From NCBI RefSeq assembly GCF_964204645.1, contig NC_134029.1, positions 23,740,950 through 23,804,949 of the forward strand: DNA of 64,000 nt, in the 5' to 3' direction. Source of the stretch: Tubulanus polymorphus (Eukaryota > Animalia > Nemertea). The notes under the pieces were generated by a model that saw nothing but the letters and a program-made list of their open reading frames with translations, was not told the origin of the DNA and did no database searches. Of the stretch, positions 31,798 through 45,000 are shown in pieces; within the stretch, counting starts at the first letter, position 1; each line of letters begins with the position of its first letter. A program made the translations under genes and the position numbers.

Positions 31798-34700
31798 CGC
31801 TATTCCGGAATAGGTACAGAGCGTATTCTGGTCGAAACGAACGCGCCGGAAGAGATTCCGGAATCGGTAGAGACCTTAATTCATTCGTGGTTTATCTTTT
31901 CGGAACAGATTGAGATCCCTGATGACACAACGGTCGACGATGTGGTGATTATAGTTTTGATGCCGTGTTAGCGCGTGCCTGGATACAACTCAACTGGTCA
32001 GATTCAGGATGCGTGGTTGTTTTTTTCGGTTCCGGGTTTCACAAATGAACCATGCGGGGATTCTAGCTAGTTTTTCAAATTTCTCCAACCTCGATGGATT
32101 CACCAGGAGCTCGCAGCAAAGCGTTACTAATTCGATCAGTTTCGCCTTATATTTCAAGTAAAATGAGACCGATAATTCTATTAGGGATACACTACTAGTA
32201 AATAGGAATTTCACAGACCACGATCGCGGAAGTTTATTCTTTTCACTTATCGCAGATAAATTGTTATTGACTTTCGATCAACTGATGCACGAAACCGCGA
32301 CGAAATTTGTATCACAAATGAGAAACTCTTCTTTAGAAATCATTTATCGACTTCATCGCTCGCTATATAACATGTTAAACACGAACGGAATGTGAAGATA
32401 ATGTTGAGGTCACTGGGGTTTACGCGGTTTACACAGATTGAATTCAATTGAACGCGTCTTCGAAGCGATAAACGAAGGATATTGAAATGTACAGATGATT
32501 AGTGCTGTGATTGTCAGATATCGGGATACCTTTGAACTGATGAGAGCCGAAGGAACAACCGGTCTTCAATCGATGCCTCTTATAAATTCTCCATAGGTCA
32601 CATCAGTTGAATCTGGTGCGAATTGTATATGATTAATGCCTGTCAATAATAATCATAGGGCATCAATACAATCCGCTCACGTATATACTCATCATCTGCC
32701 AGTACACTTCTAAAGGTCACGTAATCTTTAACTTGTCGTTCAAAAAACTGGAAATGTCCTTATTGTATACAAATATATCATCAAATTCATATTCATGCCA
32801 AATTGTACTAACGTTGCGATCGTAAATTTCAACGAAGTTGTAAAAAGGTCACGTATTAGCTTTTCAAATTGATAAAAGAAACCCTAAGAAACCCTGATTC
32901 ATACTCGTTTTGTAATGGACATTTTTGCCACATTTTTTTCCTAGTGCGTGAGATGATAAATTTCAACGAAGTCATAAGATCTGTGAGCTTAATACCAAAT
33001 CATGCTCCAGGCTTCAAAACTGTCGCGTCAACGAAAGAGTGTTTAATATCTCTGTGACACAACGAAAGTTGTAAACATGGCAAATATTTTTTGATGTTCG
33101 ACGTATCTGAGAATCGCGTATCAGCTCGTAGCGTCTCAGAATTCTGTACTGAAATTACGTATAAAGAGAAAATTTAAGATAGAAAGAAAAAGAAACTAAC
33201 CTTCTTCCACTCGCGGCGGTGTTTTCTCAATATCTTAGAGAGACAGTTCAGTGTCAAAAGAGTCCATATACCAATAACATACGTGTCGAAATGTTGTTGA
33301 TAAGATTGTCAGTTTTATATGTATGTTGTTAACACGATAATGAATATCTTTATTACAGCCTGTTACAAACTAATTTAACCCTATCAAGGCCGTGAGGATG
33401 GCATATTATATGAAGATATAGTTTAACAAGAAGAAATTGCCAATTTGTTTTCGTCGAAAGAAAAGATTTCGGACTGAATGAAATGAGATTGACGGGTTGA
33501 AGATGGAAGGTAGTTTATCTCAATCGCTTTCTTTCCAGACCTTCGTGTATCATGTCCGTGTATATGTAGCTTCTGTTTCAACGGACGGAAAGCTACTTCA
33601 GGCTTCAGGCTAAATCTATACACTGTCATAGATAAGCGGATGTGACATTTTGAGCCGTCACTCAGGTGTAAGCCTATTGTGACGCTAAAGACAAAAGATG
33701 ACCAGAATTGACGTAGAACCCCGAGATCCATCATCCCTGGTTAATGCATATTGACATCAAGCGTCAATTCACGTCTTTTTTCATCTGGGATCGACGAGAA
33801 AACACAGATCGAGCTCCGAACAGACGATGATATGTGGAGAGATTTGTTGTCTGCTAACGGAAACCATTTGGTCACGAGTGTACTGTGTATGCACAGGTTA
33901 CCCGATAAGTCGACCGTTGATGTATTTACTTGCGGTATGAATGTAGCGGTGGATTAGATGAAAAAATCTTCACAAGGCCACGATGATCACGTTGTTGATG
34001 ATCACGATGATCACGACGATGATCGTCCCTTTCAATGAAAAATATCCGTCTCCGATGTTTGATCAACAGAAAAAAAGTCGTGGCGAATAATTCGATTCAT
34101 CGATGACGTCGTTAGTTATCGAAAACGTCTTCGTTCTAAAATGAAAATTAAATCGGATTAATTTCAGATAAGAGTTTATCGTAGAATTGAATTCGTGATT
34201 AATGTCGTATCATCTAGATTCATCGAGCGCGATTTGCTCAATTCCGCCATCCTGCCATGACAGTGTCAAAATGAAAATCAAGTCATTTTTTCATTGAAAT
34301 ATTTATTGTAAATTCGAACAACGTCTCCAAAAAAAGAAATGCAACACACAGATGTCGAATATACAACATAATGCATAGGTTTTATGCAAATTCATTAATT
34401 TACTATGAAATTCCTAAGTGTTAATGATGTCTTACGGTAAATAACTCCAGGCCAACAGAGACTATACCGACTTAATGAACTGACTCTCCAACACCCGCGA
34501 GTGTCAGTCGGACATTCATGTGAGAGTTTCGCCGCTACGTAATTTAAACGAGAGAGACAGGTGCGGTAATCTGATAGACAATAGATTCCATCAGTAATTA
34601 CCAACAGCCTCATTAAGTATTAATTTACCATCTTTGGAGGAAGATAAGCAACAGCTCCGTGATGCGCACAGTTCCGAACGCCGAGGGCATCAATACATAG

Positions 34701-37700
34701 TCGGTTAGATAGTCATTAAACCGTCTCAGCGATAAATACCTTAGTTTCGCCGAAAGCGTCGCAAACGCGAATCATAAACGCCGAAACGAAAGCGCGAAAG
34801 TGGACTAAAAAGTGCGACAATTGGCAATCATTTCCCGTCATTGGTTTTTTTATTCGTCTAAAATGATGGAATTAAGAAGATCTGCCGTCAAGGATATTTC
34901 ATCAATATTCTCTGATAAAGATATTATTTCGTTCCAGAGGGAAATGAGTTTTCCTTTGATGATGATATAGTTCTTTATTGCATCATTTCTTATCCCTGTC
35001 ACAACAACCTTTAATAAAACAACACCATCTACGCATTTTCTGCATTTACCTACTTTTCTCTATATGTGGCTGAGGAGGCTGAGGCGTGGAAAACCTGGTA
35101 CCGATGGTTGAATTGTTGAATTTACAATCAATTTGGTCGATTGTGATAATTGATCTGACAATTGGACGGAAAGTCGACATGACCCTGGTGGGCAATACGC
35201 ACAGGATATAATATGTAAATTGCAGTGGCATTACAACAAAATTTCGGGTTGGTACCTAATAACATATTGAACCGTTATAATAGAGATTATACCTATGTAC
35301 TTTTGATAAGTGTGCATGAGACTTATGAAGCTGTCAACAAAACGTCAATTAAATCGTACCCCAAACTGACACTTTATTCAAAATCCCAACTGTTTCTAGC
35401 GAAGATATTTCGTACAATTTTTCATTTTTATTATAAATCATCCATGTATTGATGTATTGGACACTTTAGTTGGAAAATCAGTTTTAAAACTATGGACAGC
35501 TAATCGTATTTCCCTGGGGTCAAGAAATCCATTAACTTTACACGACCTCCGTTACCACCTCAAAACAATTGTAACTTATACGTGTGTGTTTTTATCCGCG
35601 TGATGAAACAACCGTTGTTTTTTGTACATTAAGTTAATAGAAAGGACGCGGCGTGTTGTGCTTCACGGATCTATACCCGCCTGCACACGCCACACGTATC
35701 ACTATCCAATACCCCATTAACTTAATTCGGTTATAATGTCATCGTGATTCGGGTTCAATATGAAAACCTTTTAAAACGGTTGCGTTGATGTAATAAAGTG
35801 CTTTCTCCGCTCATATCAATCACTATCTCGTTTGTCTCTGAAAACATTTCGCCGTCCGTTCGCGGCTCCGTCGTGCTTCACGGCTGTGTCAATTTCATCG
35901 GTCATTTTTCTAATGTCAACAGATATTTTGCCATTTCAAACCCTCGTGACACGAGAAATATGGATGATTTTGTTTTTCTTCTTAAATTCTTCATAACATT
36001 TTTCGATACTGAAAGAAAAAGTTGAATCGGGCATTTTCAAAAATGGATTTCTCAGATTATCTTGGAAATTAATCTCTATTGGCAATTTAGAAAATAAAGA
36101 AATATTTTAAAAAAAGAAATTGTGCATTTTCATAAATGGATTTCTCAGAGATTATTCTACAAGTCAAAATTGAATATCGACAAGTCGAAATACAATACTA
36201 TAATCGATAAAATGCATCGTCTGTCATATTTTCAAAATGATCAACGCATCGTTAATTGTAAGAAATCATATTTGGGATTGTCGCAGCTGGTTCTACTCAG
36301 AGATGGAAACAAATGTTGTTTCTGCAAACACTCTTCCCCTCTCAGTCTGTTTCACGGCTTTCGAGGAGGTGAAGGCAATATTACGAGCAATGGGACGCGC
36401 GACATGGCTTCATTTCTTGTCTAAAGAAACTGAATTCATATACACTTGACGTCACACAAGCAGACGATAGGAATCTATGCCAAATAGACCCGCTGTAGAT
36501 GAGAAACTTGATACATATTCAGATTACATTCGCGGTCCACACAACTTGGCTAAGTTCTATATTCGATATTGACAGTTCCTTGCGAGGAGGCCACACCTTT
36601 TCCCTCCAAAATACCTATCTCATATGCATGATCCCGTCAGATTCTGATAAGACAAAATAAAAACTACTCCCCAATTACTGTTTAATGAAACACTCTGTAC
36701 GTGATAATCAGAGAATTGCACACTAATAATGAAATAATAAAGTCCGAAATGGTTCCTTTATTCAATTCAACAATGATTGTAAGTGTACAAATCAAATCAA
36801 ATCAAATCGAATCAAATCTTATTGGCCCGTAATGCAAAGATTTACATTCTTGGGATGAACACAATAAAGATAAAACAGACAAACAGAACAAAGATTAGCG
36901 GTACAAGTACAATTCAACATTTCGACTATACATCCTAATGTTCGTAACTGAAAATGTTGTTATACACCTAAGTTGCTTCACTCCTCTTGATTACTTGATT
37001 TGCCTCTGTTCTTGATGGTAGGCCTATTTGTACGTACCGGTAGGTATTCCTGTAAATGGCTATTACGAACGATAAAGTCAAAACGTTGAAATAAAATATA
37101 GGGCTCAAGGGAAACATTTATTTTTCATTATTAGTTTGGGATTCTCTCTATACATGATCATCATGTCTTCTAGAGGAACGTGGTCATAAAGGCTTCCGGC
37201 ACGAACGGTTAATCTTCTCGAAGTCGCGGTCGTTTATCAGATGTTGAAGCAAATCAACGATAGACGAAGTAGAAACTGCGACAGAGAAACATAAAACATC
37301 GCGTGTTCGCTACATATATTAAAAACGGCCGCCCAATATTCCGCGAGACCATCATTAAACCGTGTTGTCAAATTAATCCGTACCACATACAATATCGGTA
37401 AAAATCATTTGTCTTGGCGATATTCAATAAAGTATTATCCGCTTCGTTAGAAATTTTAATGAACGCAGAAAATTGATAAGTCCCGCACGGCGAATCGTGA
37501 TGCCAGATGACAATAACAATCGATCGCCGGGGAATTCGTTTTAAACTGCACCTGTTTTGAGATAAATTACACGCGGAAAATAAAACTAAGAAAAATGCAG
37601 CCGCCTTCATTATAGACTGGGATATTTTTATTATCGGTTTTCGTATCGGGTTCCATCGCCGAAAATCAAACCTTTTTTTTTCGGACTGTAGCTGAATACA

Positions 37701-38892
37701 TCGACTTCATTATTCAGTTCATTTCAGTTCGGAAAATTGGAGAGTTGCGTCTGGTTGAATTGAGAGTTTATGTCAACGACTTGGCGTCCATTATAACTGA
37801 ATACTTGGTCGATGTGAACACGCGAATGAATGCATTCAAAAATATATATTGACAACATACGTGTGAAACGCATATTTTCATGTACGTTCTCGCAGTCAGT
37901 ATTTTACCGTTATCAAGACATGTATACATCTCCTCTTGAACGGTATCACATTTTATTTTTTGCCTCATTCTATTTCTGTTTATTCTTTTGAGAATTTACT
38001 TCGAGAGCTACAGAGCGACGATCAAAGAGTTTGAAAATGTTTGAAAAAACGCTTTCAAATTCGCCATTGACGAAAAAAGTACCCCTTTATATCTCATTCC
38101 CTACATTGCGTCGGTTGTCACTTAAAGAAGAAAGGATAAAAAGTGGATATTTGAATAGTAGCTAGTGCGCGCGGTTATCCTCACTGATGAGGGTATCCCA
38201 GAGGTGTTTCAGGTACTGGTGTCAGTAACAGAAACTCGTCTGTACGTGAAGTGTGTCGGATAATCCATGCGTTGATTCAACAAAAGGTTGGCAAGAGAGC
38301 TTTGGTTCTTTGATGACAAAATCTCGACAATTCTCCAAACGGTGTGGCATATTGACAGATTGTGTTTTTGTCGAGGATGAGAGGAAGATGTGCCGCGGTA
38401 TAGCGCGATGAGAGAGTGGTATACGTAGTTGTAGGGTAACTGGAGGCTGCGATTTGCGCGTGATGGATCGGGCATCGTGGATGACGCTGAAAAAAATTAC
38501 ATAATTTCGCTCTTATCTATCGGCTATTTTGGTCAATACAAAATGAATAGAATAACAACAATTAACTGAAATAGGAATAACTCTTTTTAGGACTTATCAA
38601 AGGTCCACCTGAAAAACAATGTCGCCTCGAAGATGTTCGCAGATCTGTGACAAAACGAGCTTTATTTTATTGACTCATTGGATCAACCACGGACTTCGTT
38701 TCAGCATGGACTCAGTCCATGGTTTCAGAGTCCATAGATCAACGGAACGGAACCTGGAGAAACCTCAGTTCACAAATGCGCCATCTATCTGATTTAGTCG
38801 AATTTAACTGGTTGAAGATTGCACCCGTGCCAAAATAAATATCGAATTGAATTGAATTTGTAAGTAGCTAGCCCAGGGTAGTGAGTACTCCA

Positions 38893-38922
38893 TTACGTCA
38901 TCGTTAAGCCTCAAGATGGCGG
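38893..38922 (+). promoter_or_regulatory. CERT promoter motifs: CRE/ATF-like TTACGTCA and YY1 CAAGATGGCGG
   Basis: TTACGTCA at 38893-38900 and CAAGATGGCGG at 38912-38922, ~120 nt upstream of the CERT ATG. This is the usual TSS-proximal position and orientation for YY1 sites. Confidence 0.55.
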
Positions 38923-39042
38923 ACGTGGTGCAACGATTTCGTTTATTTTGCCGAGTTTTTTGCTTGTAATTTGACATCTCTGTTGTATCGGGCGTTGTAA
39001 TAGCACGAATCAAAGCGGGAACGTTTACCTTCTAACGTTACA

Positions 39043-42000
39043 ATGATGAGTGAAGAGCGGGATGCTCTCAGTTTGACGGATGATGATGACGATGATATCG
39101 AAGATGATGGAAATAAGTCGATTTTGCAGGGTATTTTGAGTAAATGGACAAATTATATTCACGGTTGGCAAGATCGATTCATAGTTCTCAAAAATGGAAT
39201 GTTGAGTTATTACAAATCAGAAAATGACACCGCGTTTGGCTGTAGAGGTGCAATCAGTTTGCAGAAAGCCAGTCTTACTGTAAGTTTAACAAATGAATTT
39301 ATGGTTGATGACTTTCATTCCTGTCATTGATTTAATAATTCTCCAGAAAATTAATTTCAGTGGTTTTCTAAAATGCCTATTACAATAAATTTCACACTAG
39401 AATGTATTTTAACTCTTAGGATCCGCACTTAGAAATTTGAAGGTTGATTTGTAATAATTATGCTAAAGTCTTATTTGCAAATAGTTGGTCCCCTAGCCAG
39501 GTGGCGAGGTCGGATAATATATTTCAATGATAATCCATATGATATGAATCCATATTCAAATTTTACTTTTGTTTCGATTATGACATTTCAGATTTTCAGA
39601 AGCTGAATTAAACAGAAAATCCATTGAATGCGTAGAATTTTACAGATACATTAATTTGAAATAATTTCAGATAAAAATAGAACCCACCTACATGATTGTA
39701 CGCTTAGGGGTAGGGTGTAAAGTTTTAGATTTGGGAAAAAGTATTGAGTCAGACTCGGATGATGTTTGTGGCTTATTCCGATGATGCTAGTTAAGTATTA
39801 CACGTACTACTTGTCATTGAGAAATCGTATTCATTTCTGTTTACGATAAACTGATTCATAAAACGTGTAGTCTATATGGCACAATGCCACAGGTTTGTGA
39901 ACGCGCCAAGTTCACTGAAAATCTTTCATCCAAAAATTATCTTTATGTGTCTTAAGTTGAAGTACAATTGATAAACGGGTCTAGCGATTATAGAGCGAAC
40001 GAATTCTTATTTTCGAAGTGGTTTAAAAGTATTTACGTGAAAGCGAAGGACTTAGGCCTATTATTATCATTTCTAGTTGAGACTTAAAAAACAAACGTTC
40101 AGCGTTAGTTGAACTTTCATTGGAGAATAAGTTTGACCTACATAGTTCTAGGTGCTAGGCCTATAATATGAAAAATTTTCCTGACCAGTTTTTTGTTGTT
40201 AATATTCAGTGTACATGCACTCATTTCATAGTCAATGGTGCATTTTAATGTTTCATTAAAACTTAGTATAAATATTGAGTCAATCTGAAAAGTCATTTCT
40301 AGGTATAATGGTATATATCCGCGGGCCGGTATAGCAAATTCTTTATGCGTTCTGGAATTGATTAGTTTCCATCAGTTTGAGACACAATGAAAATATGAAA
40401 TAGGAAAATTCTTTGTATGAGTTGATAGTTTATTTAGATCCTGGTTACTAAAATACAATAGTTCAGTCCGATGCAATAATATAAAGGTGCAATGTTTTAG
40501 AAAACACTCTATTCGTGACTCTATTCATTCAATCTAATATTAAATCCATAATGTGAAGGATGAAATTAACCGATGCAGAGGCAGTTTGCAGATTGTTAAG
40601 TTGACAGTTGACGAGTGCCGGGTCATTAAAAGAATTTAAAATTTTTTGCATATAGGCCTAGCACCAGCTTTATTTGTTCTTTTTTCAGGGAAGTCGCTTT
40701 TAATAGCTATTTTCTCATCTTGCACTGAATTCGATTTACATGAATTATACGTTCTTCGCTGAATTATTACTGGAAAAGTAAATGGACAGTGGTATCAACC
40801 AGTTTCTATTTCAAATTTGTGTAGAAGACTTAGTTTGAATTGGGTGGTAAATTTACGAAACTAGCTTTTTCTGAAATAGCCTAAGGCACCGAATAGGGAA
40901 ATGTAGTTGATGCGATGAAACAGTTTAAAAAAAAATCTTTTTAGAATAAAGAGTGATTATAAAAGCAGTTTGTAGATCAAAGCAAACAAACTTGAACGAA
41001 TACCCGTAAATCTAGGGATTGTCATCTGGCCTGTAGCCAAGTAGTGTAATCCATAGACAGATTGCCGAGTACTGGTTTAATAGCTGACTATTACAGTAGC
41101 AATTTAGATCTTATTAGCAATTATGGTAATGATTAAAGTAGTATATCATGTTGAAATGTGTTTCGGTGTCATCGATAGGACATTTTACAGGAGCAGATAA
41201 AACAATGTTAATTTAGAGTACAACGTCTTATCAGATTCAGTGACAGATTCTAGATTTGGCGTTAAAGTAGAATTCCATCGCATTAACTCGCAAATATCCC
41301 AGCCATAACATAGATAGAAATTGCTAGAATGTAGTTATGTCATGCGTGTATAAAAATGCTTTCTCTCAGGTTTTTCATTGAACATTGACAATTGAACCAC
41401 CTTAGAACATGATTCTGCCGATATTCGTCGCCGAATCTAAGGACTGTAGGTGCTGTAGTTTAAGAGGAGTAGCGTGACGAACATATCCTCACCGCCAATT
41501 ATAGTATGATTTATACGCGTTGCCAACCGATAAGAGAAATGAAGATATGTTTGTGACAGGTCATTAACGGTGATTGTTCCGATGAAAATGTCAACTTCTT
41601 AGTGAATTAATTCTACCGCTGTCATTCAATGCTTTCATTCGCTAATGTTAATTACTCGTTAGTAATCGAGTACAGACAGTTGAGAGACGTGCTGCGTTGA
41701 TTTTACTTCGAACAAATTTTTTTGCTTTTAATGTAAAACTCGATCGATGAATTGTTAATGAATTATTGCGGTTTTTTTTTTTGTAGCCGCACGAATTCGA
41801 TGAATGTCGGTTCGACGTGAGCGTGAATGATTGTTTGTGGTATTTACGAGCTGAAGATGAGGAAACGAGACAAACGTGGATCGACGCTATTGAAATACAC
41901 AAGGTACTGACGTCAATTCCTTCAACTTTAAAACGGTTGTAATCACATAGTAGTATTTTAGTAGTATTTATTTATCATTTGGTTGTTACATTATTACGTG

Positions 42001-45000
42001 ATTGATATTATATATAATATACATTGAAAAATATGTAACAAGAAAATGTGGGCTACACCTACGAGCAATTATCTAATTATCACTTAGATAATTGCTCAGG
42101 CTGCACAGAGAGATCTACATGCGTAGAACTTGTTATAACGCACTCATTATTGAACCGGCCCAGACACATCTTCACCCGTCAAGGGATTAGAACCCACTAC
42201 GCTAAAGCTGTTCCCCGAACCCCTTGACCTCGCGAGTCGTTGGAGTCGTTACTAGCCGACCAGAATCCGGTCGTACCAATCACAGCGCTTGTAACAAACC
42301 GTCAGTAGACTTCTGTTGGTTTTCCCGTTAAATAGACCAATCAGCGAACGTTTTACCGAACGAGGAAGTATTTCGCAAATCGATATATGACGTCACGCGC
42401 AATAGCGCCAGTAATGAAATCACGCTTCGTGAGGCCAGGGGGCTGGTGGAAGCGAGTTCGGGAGTGATACCGGACCCCTGGCAAGCGAGGATGGCCCAGA
42501 CCAGACCTGGTTCAAAAACTGTGGCTGCTATGAATTCATCTCGTGTTTTACCTGTGTGCGATTATAGTATTATTGTCCACTGTTATTCACTAATCCGTTA
42601 TATCAGAGATATATCATGTAATCCACACAATAGTTCATCGACCCGTGACAAATTATAGAAAGATCCTTTTGTATTTGATTTTAAAATCCTATTGAAACCG
42701 AAAGAGATTTCGAACTGAATGCCGACTGCCTGCGTGACAAACTGTGACAAACGCTATAGTGGATTATCTTCTAAGAACAAGTTAATACCTAATGATTCTA
42801 TAAAACAAATACATGTCACCCCATGAGAGATCGGACCATATTAACGCAAGATAACCGTGAATGTTCATAGACTCATAATCACAGTCTATTGGCTGTTTAA
42901 CCATGGTTTACAGGGTCTACACTTGCATTTAATTCATAGAAACACTGTGTATAGCAGTTAAGATTTTAAGATCCCGACTTTGAGGATTTAGGATTTTTTA
43001 CCGATAGATTAAGGAATTGATAACTGAATTTAAACGATGTTTTTTGTGGATACGTCATCTGTACCCGGGTCTACGGAGGTTAGTATCGACGACTGTATAC
43101 AGGAAGGAATATCCAATACATGACAAGAATAGAAACTGTTCCTTGTTGCATGTTGGAAATAATTATTCATCATAATAATGATTTATCCTTATCACTTGAA
43201 CATCCATACTGATTGTATAACAGTGTTTATGGCTCACACTCTTATCATCAATTTCCTATTTCTATCATGCATTTCTTTCTTGCAGCCTGAATTTAATTAA
43301 TATTGTAGGAATTATAAATGTGTTGTTATTTTCGTTTAACAGCAAGCAGAATCTGGATATGGCAGTGAAAATTCTCTACGGCGTCAGGGTTCAATCATGT
43401 CCCTCACATCAGCCGCTAGTTTATCCACTACGTCGGCTTCATCTTTTAAAGTAAGTTGTGTTTCGCGGTTTAAGAACGAATCTCCACGTCTGAAATACGC
43501 AAAAACCTCCGTACAAAACTACGCTGACATCACATATAGTATATCTTCATACGTTGTGGCTAACACGGGACTGACTGCATTCAGTCAGTTACAGATCGAT
43601 TGAAGTCTGAACAAAATCCGTCAAATAGATTTCATGTACTATTTATTTATGCTAACGATTCATACTGAGTGAAATGTGATAAAATATTTATCCTATCAAA
43701 AATGGCTTTTGAAATAAGATTTTAAAATCATGCAATTATACTTTGAGGGGTAGTTACACTTTTACGACTGTCAAGTTCAAAAACAACTTGCTATAGAACA
43801 AACATGGACATGGTACAGAAAGGACCCAAACTAAATGGCTGATAATTGAAATGTAGAGGGTAATTGGCATTGCGGTAACCCAGTGCCACAAGTGATCCTG
43901 ATCCTCACTTCCCTCAGTAGCCTTGCCGGTGGTATAGCCATGAAGCCTGAACAAAGTCAGTAAACACTATATGTCTACGCAAGAGAGTGGGTAACATCGT
44001 TGAATCTGTCGGATTATCTGAGCTTTTCTTATTTCAACCATTCATAATACGAGCGAATGTTGCGAATATTGTATGCATTGTTTTGGTATTAAAATCTCAT
44101 TCCCGTTGACAATGATAAATACAGCACAATATGTATTATAACTATTGATAAATGTATGTTTCTATTTCTATGAATTATTATTTCGTATGAAAGCGTATTT
44201 TCCGCAGATGTTTAAGCGATCGATTGGATTTAATTTTTTTCGTCTCAAAACGTATTCATTTTGCGTTCTCTCGCTCGGAGACCCTGGTTTTATAGAATTC
44301 TGTTAGCACAGGTGCTCATGATTCATTTCTGTATCCTGGCTATAAAAATGGTTTAATATTCAGATGAAAAACGTTACATTTTTGGAAGTTAATTGAATTT
44401 GAAAAAAATGTTGTCCATAAATTTTCTGCTAGTTTTTTGAATAGATCGAGGTCTTTATGTTCATAGATTTTTTAATATAGGTATATAGACTAAACCGTTG
44501 ACAGATTGGATTCGAACAATGCGACCATGAAATGTCGGAATAAATGCATGTATTTATAGGTTTATATGTATTACTCATCGGTCTCTCGATGTTCGGCTGT
44601 CGTCCCGTGATGTAAAGAGAGCATATACGAATGAAACGATGATTTTTTATTTTGTTACAACCTGCTGTTCGAGTCTCGCGATAACATTTATCTATTAACT
44701 GAATTTATCAATGAATCCTTGTACATTGATCCCGACAACTGGACTTTGAAACCGTATTTTTGAGAGGAAATTTCAAACCCTCGAATTTTATTCGGCACAA
44801 ATACGAATGATAAGATTCAATATCGTTCATTTAGAGTGTCTCAATTGGCAATCTGACAAATCATCAGTCATCTTAGTCGGTTAGAATTCCTCGCAGGAAA
44901 GAAACTTTCAATATCATCGCTTGAAAAAGATATCCGACGAAAAACGCCTGCTGAATTCGATGCAAACAAAAAATAGAGGAAATGTACTGTAAATGTGTGA

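Noticed and set aside
42165-42210. B-box-like gtgggttctaatccc on the minus strand (possible tRNA or SINE head)
   Set aside because: No A box or cloverleaf could be reconstructed.
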